DNA from: Girardia tigrina
Lineage: Eukaryota
Direction: 5' to 3'
DNA: 55,688 nucleotides
Assembly: GCA_001938485.1 (NCBI GenBank)
Contig: MQRK01242333.1
Span: 1 to 55,688, forward strand
The notes beneath the pieces are model-generated. The model did no database searches. It saw only the letters and a program-made list of their open reading frames with translations, and was not told where the DNA came from. Shown one piece after another: positions 50,899 to 55,688 of this stretch (positions are counted from its first letter, which is position 1; each line of letters opens with the position of its first letter). The position numbers and the translations under genes were made by a program.

Positions 50899-51355
50899 GC
50901 GGAATTTGTAACAAAATGCGAATTATGTTTCGTTCAAAAAAATAGTTTCGTTTAGACAAAAAACAATAAAAGCATTTACACTTTCAAATATTTTTTTTCT
51001 TTAAAAAATAATTTGTTTTTTGACAAAACATATTTGTTCAAACTTGATTTGTTCAGATTCAAAATTCGATTAAACAATTAAATAATTTTCATTTTAAACA
51101 AAAAATACTTGCTTAAATTAGAATCTATTAAAAGCCGCAATTGGAAATATTCAAACTCGACAAAAATAAATTTGTTTTTATTTCGGAAAAAATATTCTTT
51201 CAAAAACAATTCGATTTAAAACCAAAATATGAAAAATAACTCAAAAAATTCTTCTCGAAAATATTCAATAAGTTCGAAAACAGTAATTTATCAATAACTT
51301 AAAAATTATTGCCTGACAAAACTCACTCTGATTGGTAAACCAATGAGAGAGATCC
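50899..51355 (+). mobile_element. MULE-like left end with periodic subrepeats and paired CCAAT palindrome
   Basis: cggaatttgtaac start (compare cggtttactgtaac at 8372), tttcgttcaaa-like periodic units, then ctctgattggtaaaccaatgagag. Confidence 0.4.
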
Positions 51356-51547
51356 AATCCGGTCAATCTCGAAACTCGATACTGGAACACACACCGGCCC
51401 AGTTCGGTAAATTCTGAAATCTTGACAAAGAAATCTTTGTGCGGATTTGAATTTTATTCAAATTAATTATTTGAATTTTATTATTTCATTAAATTATTTT
51501 AAATTTTTTTTCTTTAAATTATTTAGTTATTTAGTTATTTTAGTTAC

Positions 51548-52296
51548 TATGTATATGTTATGCCGAATTTTTGTAATTGGCGAATTCACGAATTAGATAA
51601 AATTTTTACTAAATTCAGAACTTAGCAATTTCTTAAAATTTTTTTTAATTCAATAATTAAATTGATATTAACATTTAATGTCAAAAAATATGTGTTCAAT
51701 AGGAAAAATTATGTATTTAATATGAAAAAATATCAATTTAATATTAAAAAGGTTTTAAACCTACATACGTTCGCAATTCAGCTTGCCACGAATGAAGAAG
51801 TATAGCTACGAATAAAAATTTTACATTTGCAGTATATTTTGCTTAACCCTTTCCTGGCTGAATTAAAAATCCTTAAATCACTTTCTGCAACTTTCAAATG
51901 ATAAAAATAAAAGGACGGTTGACAAAATACGTGTTAAAATAATTTTTCTTTAAAAGTAAAATCTTCTTTATTCATCAGGATAATAATTTTATTCATATTT
52001 TTTCCATAGATGCCTATAAAATATTAAAATGAAACATGATTCCATATGACATCAATAGTCAGGAAAGGGTTAATAAATTAAGATTGTTAAATTAATAAAT
52101 TAAGAATCTCATATTTAATTTTTGTTGTTTCACATAAAATTGATAATTTTTCATATTAAATTGATATTTATTTTATGAATAATACGTAGTCTTTCGTTTT
52201 TAATTGAGAAATTTTCGAATGAAAAGGAAAATATTTCATAGTTAGTGAACTCGGTAAAAATTAACTAGTTCACAAATTGGGCATAACATATACATA
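51548..52296. mobile_element. Foldback/long-TIR non-autonomous element hosting a piggyBac MITE
   Basis: Perfect 17-bp IR tatgtatatgttatgcc / ggcataacatatacata, plus internal IR ttaatatgaaaaaatatcaattt / aaattgataatttttcatattaa. Confidence 0.7.
51847..52069. mobile_element. piggyBac-type MITE
   Basis: TTAA-ccctttcctggct ... agtcaggaaaggg-TTAA. Confidence 0.88.
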
Positions 52297-52904
52297 TCTT
52301 CATATACATACAAATGCCAGCAAGTAATTCAGCAATATTGCCCCTCATGATTATAAAAATTCAAGTTTTTAATAGATAAATTTGTTCATCGTGGATTGTT
52401 CTCTGGGCAAAGTGAGAAGGAGTATATAAATAGAAATAATAAGGAAATATAAATAAGAATTATATTTAATATCCGAACAAATAAGACCTGAGAAATTTCA
52501 GATATGAATTCCTTTTTCACGAATATTTTCAAAGATTTTAATCAATAATATAAATATATATACAAGTGCTTTAATCTTTTTAATCGTAAGTGAATTTAAA
52601 GGGGTTTTGTCTTTATTATTTAAATATATATATATAGGGAGAGAGAGAATTATTATATGAAATATATTTTTTATCATTAATACCATCAACAAAGGTAAAT
52701 GAAACATAAATTAATATCTTACTATCAAAATGATACTTTGGTAATTTATTTACAATATAAAATAAAAACATTTACAATATTATAACTTGCGAGGTTAAAT
52801 TTAACTAGCCGAAAAAACGGACAGAAGAATATTATAAAACATCAGAAAGTATGCAAATGAGACATTATATCAAAGAGAGATTCTCTAAAGATACTAATAT
52901 TTAA

Positions 52905-53900
52905 AATTAATTAGAAGATCATTTCGTTAAAGTAGATTAACCGATAAGCCGTAGTTTAGGTATCAATGAATCTACTTTCAACAATGTAAAGTATAAATAA
53001 AAATAAACTGTTCGAATAAATTTTTATTAAATCGGATATGTCAACAAGTTTTTTTTAATTATTTGTGATTAGAATTTATTGATCACATTTAATTTCAAAT
53101 ATAAATTTTAATATTACTTAACGACTTCAAATCGTTAAGTATAAAAAAATAATTAATAATAATTTATTAAAAAAAATTAAATAATATATATAAATATATA
53201 ATGAATAATGTTGTATTAATAAATAAAATAATAATGTAGTTTTGAAATAAATATGCAAAATTTGTAAAAAAAACTTTTACAAAAATAAACTGAAACAGAA
53301 AAATTAAAATAAATAATGATATACAGCTGTGGACAAAAGTCTGTTGACTTTCACATTTTCTACACATTAAGTGCACAAAATGATAATATGTTATTAAAAA
53401 AGCTGTAGACAAATGAATAATTTGTATAAATCANNNNNNNNNNNNNNNNNNNNNNNNNNNNNNNNNNNNNNNNNNNNNNNNNNTAATTAGAAGATCATTT
53501 CGTTAAAGTAGATTAACCGATAAGCCGTAGTTTAGGTATCAATGAATCTACTTTCAACAATGTAAAGTATAAATAAAAATAAACTGTTCGAATAAATTTT
53601 TAATAAATCGGATATGTCAACAAGTTTTTTTTAATTATTTGTGATTAGAATTTATTGATCACATTTAATTTCAAATATAAATTTTAATATTACTTAACGA
53701 CTTCAAATCGTTAGGTATAAAAAAATAATTAATAATAATTTATTAAAAAAATTAAATAATATATATAAATATATAATGAATAATGTTGTATTAATAAACA
53801 AAATAATAATGTAGTTTTGAAATAAATATGCAAAATTTATAAAAAAAAACTTTTACAAAAATAAACTGAAACAGAAAAATTAAAATAAATAATGATATAG
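52905..53900. repeat. Near-identical duplication across an N gap (52905-53322 vs 53484-53900)
   Basis: ~415 bp repeated with few SNPs, starting exactly at the gap edge; likely an allelic/assembly overlap. Confidence 0.85.
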
Positions 53901-54039
53901 TAAATTTAAATAAAAAGGATACGGGTGGAGTTTTGACTTTTGTACTTCTACATATTTCTTATAAGAATTTATGTTTACATAGTATAACACTTCCATATCT
54001 GTTACATTATCCTAACCGAAACATCAGTACCACACTAGG

Positions 54040-54270
54040 TCTTACGATTCCACAAGGAAAATACTAGTCTCAATCAGATTTCTCTTCAATACTATTGAGA
54101 CACGGTTACTCTGAATTACAGGTTGTAATTCTTTAAGCTTCCGCTTTCTATTTCGTATTCGTTGACTAATTTGCCGATTGCAACTACCACTAGTGGTCAA
54201 TTTACTTCCAAGATAACATAGTTCATTCATTAACTCTATGACATTCTCACCACATTTGACTTGCGATATT
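54040..54270 (-). mobile_element. RTE-type LINE RT C-terminal fragment
   Basis: NELCYLGSKLTTSGSCNRQISQRI...VSIVLKRNLIETSIF. Confidence 0.8.
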
Positions 54271-55688
54271 CAAGAGCCTGAGTAGTCAGTAAGTCACACG
54301 CATTTATAACAATTTTCACATAATCTGGTATCAATTGACACCAAATGAACACAGTCCAAATTTGTTATTTATATGATTTTATAAGTAAATATTCATAGGA
54401 TATTGAATGCGTAATTATTGCAATTTTTATTATTTATATTTTGATTAAGGCATTTTTATCAACATTTTAACATATCTTTCACTGTTATACGTTATAATGC
54501 AATTTATAAAGAGAAACTCAAAAACAAGAAGTAATCGACAATCAAGTCGCATATAACAAGTTTTTTCCTTGTATTTTCTTTAAACTGCAAATAACACAAT
54601 CTTGTTTTTTACAATAGAAAGAAACAAAAGGGTTTCCACTGGTTTATGCAAGTAAAGTTTTAAATTGAACTTTTACAGGATGTTGTACGGTGGATATTAT
54701 ATTAAATTGTAGACCATTTTGAAGGGAATTTTATCTTCAAATAATTGTGGATAACCTCAACATTTCTAAATATATAGTTCTTTAAATAGCTATGTTGTTT
54801 TATTTACATATGGAGCACCGATAGTCAAATGATTAATTTATATACATTTTAAATATTTTAATAGAAAAGTGTGTTTTCAAACCATACACATGTCTGATTT
54901 CTTATGTCAAAGAATTAATTTCTTAAATTTTTAATTGATCTGTTTTAATTAAAAAAAATAAAATTTCCAATGAATTCATCAATAAAACTACATAGAGACT
55001 TCTATGTGACTGTTATGCCTTTTGATTAGGACAATTATGAATGGAGTTTGTTTTATATTATTTGCATGGATCGGCCAACAATGGAATTTAAATTACTTTC
55101 TGGGAAATGACTTTGAAAAGTTGATGTTAAACGTTCTGTCAAAAGTCTTTAGAAAGAGGATGTCTGATGCGTGATTAAATTGACTGAGATATTATTTCTA
55201 AGTAATTTTAAGATACTTTTAATTATATTACTTGGTTAATTTTGTATAACAAAGAGCTATATATATATATATATATTTATATGAGTGTTTTAAAAATAAT
55301 TTTGTTAAAGCTTTTTTTTTGTTAAAGAGTCGTTTAATCATAAGATTCTAATGATGAAACATTATATAATTGAATCAAAGTTTTATCAACAGATTTATCT
55401 TTCATTTAAGACATCTACGTGCATTTATTAAACAATGATCTACTAGCAAGTTAAAAATCAATTTTATTATATATATATATACATTATTTGGTATGAAAAC
55501 TTTTTTTATTTAGACTTAATGTATTAAACCTTCTGAATGAGTGTGATTTTAAATGGTTGATTAATGGAAGGCAGTCCATATTTTGTCAGGCAGTTTCACA
55601 AATGAATCAACAGTTTTAATTTCAGTACGCAGAGTTAACTTGAATTAATAAAGTAATCTCTCATATTGCTCTTATAAAAGGATCTTAA

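Noticed and set aside
55040-55095. YLHGSANNG resembling an SF3 helicase P-loop
   Set aside because: It lacks GK(S/T), is flanked by stops, and no other motifs are present.

Overview
Very AT-rich eukaryotic (metazoan-like) draft-assembly DNA with several N gaps. I find no intact host protein-coding gene. The window is a graveyard of transposons and decayed genes. Transposons: at least five mariner copies (one full-length, frameshifted), a degenerate MULE, hAT/piggyBac/Helitron-type non-autonomous elements, RTE-type LINE fragments, a Gypsy-type gag, and several Penelope-like (GIY-YIG) 3' ends. Pseudogenes: a CLIC chloride channel split by the gag fragment, eIF4A, an 18S rRNA fragment, and two tentative multi-exon remnants. 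The CLIC N-terminus resembles invertebrate/flatworm CLICs (from memory), a weak hint about the host. The most notable non-obvious signals are (1) a set of minimal type-I hammerhead ribozyme motifs with palindromic helix III, two with intact cores, several tied to Penelope-like tails; (2) a three-level nested insertion containing a 62-bp perfect palindrome; (3) an unclassified ~100-bp repeat present four times; (4) pseudogenes shortened by mostly frame-preserving internal deletions. I cannot support a wholly new biological system. All protein assignments come from motif recognition by eye, not from database searches.
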